A DNA stretch of 36,950 bases from the IMG/VR virus record IMGVR_UViG_3300022858_000223, positions 1-36,950 of that record, one strand, 5' to 3'. A program made the position numbers and the translations under genes. The stretch's first letter is position 1, and every line of letters begins with the position of its first letter. The DNA is from a virus (lineage: Duplodnaviria; Caudoviricetes). A model generated the notes under the pieces. The model was given only the letters and a program-made list of their open reading frames with translations, was not told the DNA's origin and did no database searches. Shown one piece after another: positions 6,072 through 14,917 of this stretch.

Positions 6072-7862
6072 TTAAAAGTTAATTTCATTAATATCTAATT
6101 CTTCTTGTTGTATATCTTCTATTACTGGAAAGACACAGTGACCACCTTTACCTGCAACAATTTTTAGTTTTACTTCACCTTCAAGAGACTTTATAGCATC
6201 ATCAATAGATTCTCTACTGACGATGTCCTTTAACTTATCTTTAATAGTTGTTTTATTTAACCCTGGTTCACTATTTACTATTTTAAACACCTCGTCTCTA
6301 GCTTTGTTAATTGGATCAAGCAACTCTGCACTCTCACCTAGAAACTCAAACTCTGTTCGTTCATCTTCCTCATTATATTTAATAGCTAAGTCAAATGCCC
6401 CAACCGATTCTCTCCTTCTACTTTTTTCGTTGCTTACTGTCATCGCTAGATACTTCTTGCCGAATGGAGATATTAGTTTCTTACTTCTAACCTCAAGGTA
6501 GATCCCTGCGTTATCTGCTATAGCAGTTGCTCCTCTACCCCTACTTAGTCCAGTTGTGTCTTTACTTTTATTAACGTGATGTAGGAGTATCATTGTTACC
6601 TTAAACTCGTTGCAGATATCCATAAGCTCTATCATTACTGGAGTGATACCACTATTACTGTTTTCATCTGCACTATGTATCTTACTAAACGTATCAAATA
6701 CTACTAGGCTAATCTTATTTTCAGTAATATTTTTCTTTAGCCACGCAACTGAATTTTTATCACTTATATTCCACGATTTTTCACAACTTATAATACTATT
6801 ATTGTCAGGATGACACACGTTCTTAGCTCTAACAATACAATCGTCTTCTGTCATCTCCATATCTATTAATAAACAATTCGACTTTGTAACCTCAAACTTC
6901 CCAAGAAATGGATTGCCCATTGTTATATCATCAATCATTTTTAATATCAGTAGTGATTTACCACACCCGGTTGCACCGTGTATTATATTTAATGATTGTT
7001 TCTTTATTAAATCCTGAACTAAGAAAGGTTGAGGGTCTGGAGTCTTTAGCATTAAATCACTAAAAGTAATTGGTATATATTCATTAATTACCTTTTCTTC
7101 TTCTCTCAGTCTTGTTTTAACTACTGATTGGAAAATCCCTAGTAGTTCTTCTTCTCCCCAATCTTTACCTGGTTGTACTCCCATATTCCACGCCTGCATT
7201 GTGGTCCAGCCAGTTGTTCCCCACTCATTTTGAGGAGTTAGTGATAAGATAAACCCAGCCATACTCGCACCTTTTATATTCCTATCCTGACCCATTTTCA
7301 CACCTTTTAGTAATTCAATAGGATTTTTTCTATTTTTTATATCTTCCTTTATTGACCCAAAAATGTTGTAATCAAAGACTGGCATCTCTTGTTCTTCAAG
7401 AGAAATTGCCCAAGAATAGTCACCGTCTACTTCTCCATCTTCACTATGGTGTAGACTAGGAGGTGCTATAACATAGTTTCCTGTTGATCTAATCTCTCCA
7501 AAACCAGTAGGTGTACCAGTAGTTTTACCATCGTGCTTAAAGTAGTAATGGAATCCGTTACCAGTTTTTACGATTGGAGTGTGGGGTAAAATGATTCCAG
7601 TCTGCTTAAACTTTTCCATATCATCAACATCTAGTACTATTAGGTTTGATACTTCACCGCAAAGTATACCAATTTTAGCATCTGGCCAAGTTGTCCACCA
7701 TTTTTCTACTTCTTCCTTAGTAGGTAATCTATCTTGGTACTCTAGACAAGAAATAAGGTATGGTGCTTTTTTATCTTTTTTACCTTTACTATTTTTTCCT
7801 ATTGGTAATAAAGAAAATCCAAGTGATAGATAGTAAATAGCCCATTCTTTATTTGTTTTCAT
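6072..7862 (-). CDS. Bifunctional primase-polymerase fused to an AAA_25/RepA-type helicase, probable C-terminal wHTH
   Basis: PrimPol motifs LIVLDVD, TGNGFHYYF and GNYVIAPPS; Walker A GATGCGKS; Walker B LVVFDT; LLHHVNK; RGATA. Confidence 0.92.
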   Translation of the reverse strand: MKTNKEWAIYYLSLGFSLLPIGKNSKGKKDKKAPYLISCLEYQDRLPTKEEVEKWWTTWPDAKIGILCGEVSNLIVLDVDDMEKFKQTGIILPHTPIVKTGNGFHYYFKHDGKTTGTPTGFGEIRSTGNYVIAPPSLHHSEDGEVDGDYSWAISLEEQEMPVFDYNIFGSIKEDIKNRKNPIELLKGVKMGQDRNIKGASMAGFILSLTPQNEWGTTGWTTMQAWNMGVQPGKDWGEEELLGIFQSVVKTRLREEEKVINEYIPITFSDLMLKTPDPQPFLVQDLIKKQSLNIIHGATGCGKSLLILKMIDDITMGNPFLGKFEVTKSNCLLIDMEMTEDDCIVRAKNVCHPDNNSIISCEKSWNISDKNSVAWLKKNITENKISLVVFDTFSKIHSADENSNSGITPVMIELMDICNEFKVTMILLHHVNKSKDTTGLSRGRGATAIADNAGIYLEVRSKKLISPFGKKYLAMTVSNEKSRRRESVGAFDLAIKYNEEDERTEFEFLGESAELLDPINKARDEVFKIVNSEPGLNKTTIKDKLKDIVSRESIDDAIKSLEGEVKLKIVAGKGGHCVFPVIEDIQQEELDINEINF

Positions 7863-7987
7863 ATTTTTTTATTTTTAGCAAAAAGCTGAGAGCCAATGTT
7901 AGTTTTCCGACCAACTGACTCCCAGCTCTTTGATAATAATAAAACCCCGTCAAAATGCGGGGTATAATTGTTGGTCGGAAAGTTCAT
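7859..7987 (-). CDS. 42-aa putative leaderless leader peptide coupled to the replicase
   Basis: MNFPTNNYTPHFDGVLLLSKSWESVGRKTNIGSQLFAKNKKI; ATG is 6 nt after the -10 box; TGA overlaps the replicase ATG (ATGA). Confidence 0.5.
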   Translation of the reverse strand: MNFPTNNYTPHFDGVLLLSKSWESVGRKTNIGSQLFAKNKKI

Positions 7988-7993
7988 AAATTT

Positions 7994-8041
7994 ATTTTAG
8001 CAAGAAAAAATAAACGTGTCAAATGATAGAAGTGTGGATAA
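7994..8041 (-). promoter_or_regulatory. Sigma70 promoter (extended -10) with upstream DnaA-box
   Basis: TTGACA (8022..8017)-17 nt-TAAAAT (7999..7994) with TGn; TTATCCACA at 8033..8041. Confidence 0.85.
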
Positions 8042-8077
8042 ATATTGGTAAATAGTCGTTGGCTAATTTAAGCCAAA

Positions 8078-8287
8078 ACCGTTTTACGGAGAGGGGGTCA
8101 AATAGGTATGACACACCGTAAAACGTTTTGTCAAGGGCTTACGGAGGCTTACGGAACGCCCGTAAATAGAATGTGACTTAACCCAGCTATTATTTAGTAC
8201 CCTTTACGGAGGCTTACGGAACGCCCGTAAACGAATGGGGTACGTTTACGGACTTACGCCCCCCTATAGGGGCGGAGACCGTAAACC
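8078..8287. repeat. Iteron-like cluster, putative replication origin
   Basis: About ten TTACGG/CCGTAA motifs in both orientations; exact 28-bp direct repeat at 8139..8166 and 8204..8231; GC hairpin CGCCCC..GGGGCG; non-coding and adjacent to the replicase. Confidence 0.75.
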
Positions 8288-8345
8288 CTGATAGTAGAAA
8301 TTAGAAAAGGAGCAATATGATTGTATTCTTTTTTAGACTGTGCAT

Positions 8346-8374
8346 TTGACAAAAAAGACAATCTATGATAAAAT
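8346..8374 (+). promoter_or_regulatory. Sigma70 promoter for the late arm
   Basis: TTGACA-17 nt-TAAAAT with extended TGn. Confidence 0.85.
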
Positions 8375-8431
8375 GTAAGAGCAGTAAATTGATTGGTACA
8401 ATGTTTACAACTTTACATAAAGCAAACATAA

Positions 8432-8574
8432 TAAAAACCCTGAGCCACACGTCAAAAAAAGACGATGGTTTGGGTTTTTTGTTGCACCTAGGCTATTAAA
8501 CAGACAGATATAGGGGAACAAGTCATCAAACAACTGTTAAACTACAGCCTTAAATCATATCTGTCTGTTTGATA
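8432..8574 (+). promoter_or_regulatory. Structured 5' leader of the packaging operon
   Basis: AAAAACCC...GGGTTTTT hairpin followed by an ~18-bp stem TATTAAACAGACAGATAT/ATATCTGTCTGTTTGATA. Confidence 0.55.
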
Positions 8575-8616
8575 CAATATAACTAAACACAGTAAAATAT
8601 ACTATTTTAATTTTGT

Positions 8617-8865
8617 ATGCCTAATCCAAATGGAAATCCTAATTTAAAAGGAAATAAAAATAGTGGGAGAAAATCCACTAGGGTAGAGTTTGCTAAAAAC
8701 GAAGCTATAAGAAAAGCGTGGCTTAAAGTTAATGAAGAATTAGAAGCAAGTGGTGTGGAAAAGATAGCATTGCCATTGGCTTTAAAGGATATGGTGGTTA
8801 AGAAAGATGTAACAACAGACGGTGAAAGTTTAAATAAAGTTTTAGTTGAATTTATAAATGGATAA
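8617..8865 (+). CDS. terS: Putative terminase small subunit
   Basis: GNPN...GNKNSGRK N-terminus and KDVTTDGESL C-terminus; overlaps terL. Confidence 0.65.
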   Translation: MPNPNGNPNLKGNKNSGRKSTRVEFAKNEAIRKAWLKVNEELEASGVEKIALPLALKDMVVKKDVTTDGESLNKVLVEFING

Positions 8866-10108
8866 ACTAAAGACGATAAAAATTCCGATTGAATATAAGC
8901 CGTTATTTGATAAAAATTGGAGAGAAGCAGCAGTATACGGTGGTAGGTTTTCACTTAAATCACATACGGTGGCACGTTTTTTACTTATAAGGGCTAGAGA
9001 AACAAAGACTAGGGTAGCCTGTTTTAGAGAATTTCAGAACTCTATAGCTGAAAGTAGTCATCAATTATTAAAAGAACTGATTGATAAGTACGAATTAAAT
9101 GAGTTTGAGGTAACAAATAACTCAATTATTAATAGATTAAATGGCTCTGACTTTATATTTAAAGGGCTACGAAACAACGAACAGAGCGTAAAGTCAACTG
9201 AGGGAATAGATATAGCTTGGGTAGAAGAAGCTCAGACAGTATCTGATAACAGTATTGAGGTATTAACACCAACAGTTAGAAAACCTGGTTCAAAAATTAT
9301 ATATACATACAATAGATTATTAGAAAATGATCCAGTTCACGTTAGATTGGTCATAGATGGTAGACCTGATACCATAATAATCAATGAAAACTACGATATA
9401 GCCATCAAGCACAATATGATGCCTGATGTTATCTTAAAGGAAATTGAAGATGACAAGCGGAACAGACACGCTTTATATCAGCACAAGTGGATGGGCGAAC
9501 CTAACAGCCTTGAATTAAAGATTTTTAAGGAGTGGAAGCAGATTGATGATGTGCCACACGAAGCTAGACTGGAAGCTAGGTGGCTAGACTTTGGTTATTC
9601 GATTGATGAATCAGCTATTGGTTCACTATACTATCACAATAATGGCTGGATACTAAAAGAAGACTTATACAGGAAAGAGATGAGTAATAGGCAGTTAGCT
9701 AACTTTCTAAACGCTCTAGAGAAGCCACAGACGTTGATAATTGCCGATTCAGCTGAACCTAAGAGTATTGCAGAGCTACAGTCATATGGATTGAACGTAA
9801 CAGGCTGTAAGAAAGGCCAAGATTCAGTAGTAAATGGCATTCAACTGGTACAAGATCAACCAATATCAGTCACTAAGGGTAGTTTGAACATCTGGAAAGA
9901 GTATATGAACTACTTTTGGCTAGTAGATAATAAGGGAACAATCATAAATAAAGAAGACCCAGCGTGTGCTAATCATCATATGGCTGGCATAAGATACGTT
10001 TTACAGAACTTTGGCAGGATTAAACAAGAAGAAAGCTATTGGGACAGGATATACAGTGATGAACTACACCCCGAAACAGTAGTAAATCTTATTAATAAAG
10101 GTAGATGA
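8858..10108 (+). CDS. terL: Terminase large subunit, PBSX/SPP1-like
   Basis: YGGRFSLKS Walker A, WVEEA Walker B, TYN coupling motif; nuclease motifs LDFGY and ADSAEPKSI. Confidence 0.97.
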   Translation: MDKLKTIKIPIEYKPLFDKNWREAAVYGGRFSLKSHTVARFLLIRARETKTRVACFREFQNSIAESSHQLLKELIDKYELNEFEVTNNSIINRLNGSDFIFKGLRNNEQSVKSTEGIDIAWVEEAQTVSDNSIEVLTPTVRKPGSKIIYTYNRLLENDPVHVRLVIDGRPDTIIINENYDIAIKHNMMPDVILKEIEDDKRNRHALYQHKWMGEPNSLELKIFKEWKQIDDVPHEARLEARWLDFGYSIDESAIGSLYYHNNGWILKEDLYRKEMSNRQLANFLNALEKPQTLIIADSAEPKSIAELQSYGLNVTGCKKGQDSVVNGIQLVQDQPISVTKGSLNIWKEYMNYFWLVDNKGTIINKEDPACANHHMAGIRYVLQNFGRIKQEESYWDRIYSDELHPETVVNLINKGR

Positions 10109-10208
10109 ATATATCAGAGAAAAGTATAATAACAGTACAGGCTAATATTGACAAAGAGAAATGGGACAATAACTGGGATAAAATATTTAAAAATAAGGCA
10201 AAAAAAAT

Positions 10209-10472
10209 ATGTCGGAAGACTATAACTTCGACCCAAAAGACGCACTAAATGCTAAAAATGCGTTTTTACCTACAATAGGTGTAAAGAAAGAGCCAAAGGA
10301 TGACCCAATCATATCAAAGATAGTGGGACACCCAGTAAAGATTAACAACCCAATTCTAATTAGACTAATAGTTAAATGGAAGAAAGAAGAAGGTAAATCT
10401 GATAGTGATACTTCAATTAGTGGATACCTTAATGACCCTAATAAATTAGAAGAACTAAAAAAAGCATTATGA
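10209..10472 (+). CDS. Hypothetical protein
   Basis: ORF in operon orientation. Confidence 0.65.
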   Translation: MSEDYNFDPKDALNAKNAFLPTIGVKKEPKDDPIISKIVGHPVKINNPILIRLIVKWKKEEGKSDSDTSISGYLNDPNKLEELKKAL

Positions 10473-10618
10473 CAGACATATTAACACCTGAGCAACAAAC
10501 ACAAAAAGACTTAAAAGACAAACAAATTAGAGTAACCAAAGAGATAGAAGCTATTTTAGATAAAGAAAACTTAATGCTACGTATGACTCAAAATATAGTA
10601 GTATTACCAAAAGAATAA
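10469..10618 (+). CDS. 49-aa hypothetical protein
   Basis: Manual translation MTDILTPEQQTQKDLKDKQ...; ATGA overlap. Confidence 0.6.
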   Translation: MTDILTPEQQTQKDLKDKQIRVTKEIEAILDKENLMLRMTQNIVVLPKE

Positions 10619-10619
10619 T

Positions 10620-10883
10620 ATGGAAAATAATTATAAAATAACAATCTCTGTACTTGGCAATGAGTGGTCAGAAGAAGGCAAGACAATCCATTCTACACTT
10701 GATAAGTTTCCATTGACTTGGGAACAGATTAAGTCAAAAGGTGTAGTGGTCGTAACTAAAGGTAATCTGAAACGCACACAATTAATCCCTGGTGTAACAC
10801 TAAGACGGATATTATCCAATAAGATTATGAAAGCTGTATGGTCTAAAAGATTGAAACTATTACTCGAAGCAGATAAAAAATAA
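10620..10883 (+). CDS. Hypothetical protein
   Basis: ORF tiling between terL and portal. Confidence 0.7.
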   Translation: MENNYKITISVLGNEWSEEGKTIHSTLDKFPLTWEQIKSKGVVVVTKGNLKRTQLIPGVTLRRILSNKIMKAVWSKRLKLLLEADKK

Positions 10884-10891
10884 TAAATAAT

Positions 10892-12673
10892 ATGACTACA
10901 TCAACAATCTTTGATTACATAACAGGGGAGAAGACCAAGTACGATCAGCCAATTACCCTAACTGAGGGTTGGGATTGGTCAATGAAGGAACACTTAAATC
11001 GTTCCTTTTTGTATTTGAACAGCCAATTTGAAGAAAACAATGAGGATAGAATACTAAGACCGTTTAAAAACATTGTGCAACCAATTTTAAACATACAGTT
11101 TAGGACAGAGGGGTTTGATGTCAAAGATATTGAGTTATATGTTGATAACAAAGACGAATACTACAAGTCATTACTAATCAAGAAGTACCACGAGAAGTGG
11201 GCGTTAGAAAATGAAATAGACACATTCATTGATGAGATGACTGAAAGTTACTGCACCTATGGTGGTGTACTAGTACGAAAGACAAAACAAGCTAAGCCAG
11301 AAGTAATTGACCTTAGAAGTTTAGCTTTCTGTAATCAGAACGACTTACTTAACCATCCATTTGCTATTAAACACGAGATGAGTTTTGCAGAGCTTAGAAG
11401 TAAGGGAAAGAAGATGAACTGGGGTAGTGAGGGTGCTGACATTGATATTGACACTCTAATTGACCTAGTAAAACAAGAAAACGATGAAAATACTACAATA
11501 GAAATATATGAATGTCACGGTAGCTTACCTATTGAATGGTTAAATGATGAAGACATAATTGATGTTAGTGAAGAAGATGTACCACAAATACAAGTAGTAG
11601 CATTTTATAAAGATGAGAATCACAACGATCAAGGTGTCACACTTTTCAAGAAGAAGATGCCTGTATTACCTTTCAAATTCTTAAAGCGTGATGACGTTTA
11701 CAACAGGGCATTGGGTAGAGGTGGCGTTGAAGAACTGTTTGAAAATCAAATCTGGACTAACTGGAACGAAGTAAAGATAACTGAAATGCTAGATAGTGCT
11801 AGTAAGACATTGTTTATGTCTGATGATCCAACCTTTAAGTCAAGGAATAACCTTAACAACGCACAGAACAACGAAGTGTTTGCCCTACAAGAGGGTAAGA
11901 GAATCGGACAGATTGATACATTCCCACGTAATGTAGGGGTTTTTAACGATAGTGTAGAAAGGTTTTGGCAACACGCACAACTTATGGGTTCAGCACCTGA
12001 ACCATTACTAGGTGAGACACCAAGTTCTGGTACACCATTCAAATTATTTGAAGCACAAACTATTGAAGGAAAGGGTATGCACAAGTACAGACAGGGTAAG
12101 TTAGCAGTATTTATGGATGAACTTTACAGGGAATGGATTCTACCTTACTTGGCAAAAGAGATTGTCAAAGAACAAGAGTTTATGCAGGAACTAAGTTTCG
12201 ATGAGATGCAACTGGTTACTGAGAAGGTACTAACAAGTAGAACTAATGACTTTAAGAAACGAATGGTACTAAGTGGCCAAGTGATAAACGAAGAACTTGT
12301 CCAAGACTTTCAGGCTCAAGTTAGAGTATCCGTTTCTAAAGAGGGTAATAAACGATTCTTCAAGATACTTAAAGACGAAATGAAAGATATCAGCATATCG
12401 GTAATGACTAACATTGCAGGTAAACAAAAGAACTTAGCCTTAATGACTGATAAGTTGGTAAATGTCCTACGACAGTATATGTCTACACCTGAACTACGAC
12501 AAGACCCTGAAATGACTAAACTGTTAAATACTATATTAGAAAGTTCAGGACTATCACCAATTTCCTTTGGTCCATCACCACAACAGGCTCAACAACAAGT
12601 GCAACAGCAACAAGGTGGCGGATCAACTCAACCATTACAAGAACTAAGTCAGGGTAACCAACCACAACAATGA
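10892..12673 (+). CDS. Portal protein (P22/podovirus-like)
   Basis: Size and position after terL; GRGGVEELFENQ motif region; Q-rich C-tail. Confidence 0.88.
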   Translation: MTTSTIFDYITGEKTKYDQPITLTEGWDWSMKEHLNRSFLYLNSQFEENNEDRILRPFKNIVQPILNIQFRTEGFDVKDIELYVDNKDEYYKSLLIKKYHEKWALENEIDTFIDEMTESYCTYGGVLVRKTKQAKPEVIDLRSLAFCNQNDLLNHPFAIKHEMSFAELRSKGKKMNWGSEGADIDIDTLIDLVKQENDENTTIEIYECHGSLPIEWLNDEDIIDVSEEDVPQIQVVAFYKDENHNDQGVTLFKKKMPVLPFKFLKRDDVYNRALGRGGVEELFENQIWTNWNEVKITEMLDSASKTLFMSDDPTFKSRNNLNNAQNNEVFALQEGKRIGQIDTFPRNVGVFNDSVERFWQHAQLMGSAPEPLLGETPSSGTPFKLFEAQTIEGKGMHKYRQGKLAVFMDELYREWILPYLAKEIVKEQEFMQELSFDEMQLVTEKVLTSRTNDFKKRMVLSGQVINEELVQDFQAQVRVSVSKEGNKRFFKILKDEMKDISISVMTNIAGKQKNLALMTDKLVNVLRQYMSTPELRQDPEMTKLLNTILESSGLSPISFGPSPQQAQQQVQQQQGGGSTQPLQELSQGNQPQQ

Positions 12674-12924
12674 ATGAAGTATTTGAGTCAAAACTAAAAA
12701 TACTAGCGTCAGATAAAATAACACTAGATGCAATCAAAGCTATTTTCTTAGAAAAGTTTGAAAAGGAAAAGCCAAATGTCTTACCACAAGACGATGATAC
12801 TGTATTGGGTCAAAAGTATCGGGCTTATGAGAAAGCTATAAGCATATTTGATGAAGTTTTAGAGGGCATAGAAACTTACAAAGATAATAAAACTAATACT
12901 GAGGATTTTAATAAAGGTCGTTAA
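12670..12924 (+). CDS. Small helical protein following the portal
   Basis: ATGA overlap with portal. Confidence 0.7.
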   Translation: MNEVFESKLKILASDKITLDAIKAIFLEKFEKEKPNVLPQDDDTVLGQKYRAYEKAISIFDEVLEGIETYKDNKTNTEDFNKGR

Positions 12925-12944
12925 TAATAATTAAATAAAAACTT

Positions 12945-13367
12945 ATGAAAAACGTAATAATCACAATATTCGTGATTTTAGCAATAGGACTTGCAGCAAC
13001 TGCTTATATTTTGTATCCAGATGATACAGAATATAATGTAGGTAGTATTGTCACTGGGCAGTCTTATTATGCTACAAGTACACCTTGGGATGCGGCTCAG
13101 ACTGATGGTGAGATCAAGGGTGGCTGGGGTTCACTAGCTCAAGTGGCAGTTACAAGTGCAGGAGATTTGAAATTTTGTTTGTATGATGCAATTTCAACAG
13201 ATGTAACTCATTTTTCAGAGCTTGGTAGATCTACTTCAACTCAACAACTTACCTGTATCAGTACCGCTACCGTGGGAACTTACACTTTTGATGCTCAGTT
13301 GATTTATGGTCTATATCTTGATGTCACAGAGGGCACAACGGGAACAACTACAGTCACATATCGTTAA
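12945..13367 (+). CDS. Signal/TM-anchored beta-sandwich protein in the head module
   Basis: N-terminal MKNVIITIFVILAIGLAATAYIL; beta-rich remainder (GTYTFDAQLIYGLYL). Confidence 0.65.
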   Translation: MKNVIITIFVILAIGLAATAYILYPDDTEYNVGSIVTGQSYYATSTPWDAAQTDGEIKGGWGSLAQVAVTSAGDLKFCLYDAISTDVTHFSELGRSTSTQQLTCISTATVGTYTFDAQLIYGLYLDVTEGTTGTTTVTYR

Positions 13368-13386
13368 TTAATAACAGACAACCAAT

Positions 13387-13554
13387 ATGTCTAAAATGAA
13401 CGAAGCAAAAATGGCTTCTTTGTCAGACAAGATTTATGATGATGAAGCCGAACAAGAGCTTAAGAGAGAGAAGAAACCGCTTAAGAAACTAATTCCTAAA
13501 AGCGAGGAAGTAGTCGAACCTCATCTAAAAAGAAAGGAAAATAAATATGTCTAA
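13387..13554 (+). CDS. 55-aa charged hypothetical protein
   Basis: Manual translation MSKMNEAKMASLSDKIYDDE... Confidence 0.55.
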   Translation: MSKMNEAKMASLSDKIYDDEAEQELKREKKPLKKLIPKSEEVVEPHLKRKENKYV

Positions 13555-14230
13555 AAAAATAAAGAAAGTTAATGGAATAAAATACTACGTAGTTATTTCA
13601 TTAGTCGCTTGTTTAGGAGTTGGCGCTTTTGCACTAGCTTACTCAGTAGGTCAAACTAACAACACAACTGTAAATACAGATGGTGGAGATTACGTTGTAA
13701 ATAATGCAACAGCCGAACAAGCCCCAGATGAATTTAATCTTGGTGCTCAACCAGGAACAGACTTAACAGTAGATAATCTAACATATGGTTCATCACGCTC
13801 TAAAGGGTTAACCTTTAAAGAAGGTGCAACTTCTACTCCTGGTGGATTATTCGTATTAGATAACTATGGACCAACTAAAGTTTGTTCTAGAGTAGAGCTT
13901 GATATTTCTACAGCTAGTACTGTTGGTGGTGTGCTTGGTACAGGACTTCCATTGGTATTCTCAGTATCTACATCAACTATTGGTACATTGAATGCTACTG
14001 CAAGTTTAATTGCTACATCTACTCTTGCCACTTCTACAGTTCAGTTGTTTGATACCACTGCTAATGCAGGTACTTATGCAACAGCTGGAACTGATGACGG
14101 AAAATCTTGGCTGTGGGAACAAGGTGATAGTATTATCGGTCAGTATGATATTCTAACTGGCTCAGATGCTACATCTACATCTTATGGAATGGCTGGTAGT
14201 GTATATGTAAATTGTCACGAACGAAATTAA
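13547..14230 (+). CDS. Signal/TM-anchored Thr/Gly-rich beta protein in the head module
   Basis: Basic N-terminus then YYVVISLVACLGVGAFALA; ATST-rich domain. Confidence 0.65.
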   Translation: MSKKIKKVNGIKYYVVISLVACLGVGAFALAYSVGQTNNTTVNTDGGDYVVNNATAEQAPDEFNLGAQPGTDLTVDNLTYGSSRSKGLTFKEGATSTPGGLFVLDNYGPTKVCSRVELDISTASTVGGVLGTGLPLVFSVSTSTIGTLNATASLIATSTLATSTVQLFDTTANAGTYATAGTDDGKSWLWEQGDSIIGQYDILTGSDATSTSYGMAGSVYVNCHERN

Positions 14231-14276
14231 ATATAAATTAAATTGGCGGTGACTTGTCCGCCTTAAAAACAAATCT

Positions 14277-14867
14277 ATGACTGATGAAGAATTGGAGAAC
14301 GAAACTCCTATAAATGACGAGGGTGTAGAACAGCCACCTGAAGCTGTTGAGGAATCTAATGATGAAGTAGTGAAAGCTAACGAAGTAGCTAACAATCAAA
14401 AGATTCGTGCTGAGAAAGCTGAAGCTGAGAATAAAAAACTTAAAGCTGAAGCGGAGACCAAAACTCCTAAAAAAGAAGAACAATCAGACGAGCCAGATTA
14501 CAAAGACAAAATTGATAAGCTAACATTGAAAACTGAAGGCGTAACCCATTCGGATGATGTAAAAATCGTTACGGATGAAGCTAAACGATTAGCTCTCCCT
14601 GTTGAAGAAGTGCTAGGAATGGAACATATTAAGTCCAAACTTAAAACTGCTGAAACACAGCGAGAAGCTGAAGCTGGTATGCCTGATGAAAGTGGAAAGA
14701 CTAGCGGTGGAAACAAAAGTTCCGTTGAATACTGGGTCAATAAGACCGATAAAGACGGAGTGTATAAGAATCCTCCAGGTAATGATGTTGAATTTAACAA
14801 CAAAGTTATCGATGCTAGAATCAAACAAAAACAAGATGGCAGCAAATTCTCAGATGAAATGTATTAA
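14277..14867 (+). CDS. Capsid scaffolding protein
   Basis: Acidic N-terminus and coiled coil; directly upstream of the capsid gene. Confidence 0.75.
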   Translation: MTDEELENETPINDEGVEQPPEAVEESNDEVVKANEVANNQKIRAEKAEAENKKLKAEAETKTPKKEEQSDEPDYKDKIDKLTLKTEGVTHSDDVKIVTDEAKRLALPVEEVLGMEHIKSKLKTAETQREAEAGMPDESGKTSGGNKSSVEYWVNKTDKDGVYKNPPGNDVEFNNKVIDARIKQKQDGSKFSDEMY

Positions 14868-14917
14868 TCTGGTGGTCGGCGTTTGGTTGATTAATAAACC
14901 AACTAAACTAAATTTTT

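Noticed and set aside
8105-8134. Additional leftward promoter at TTGACA 8134..8129
   Set aside because: No convincing -10 element at 16-18 nt spacing.
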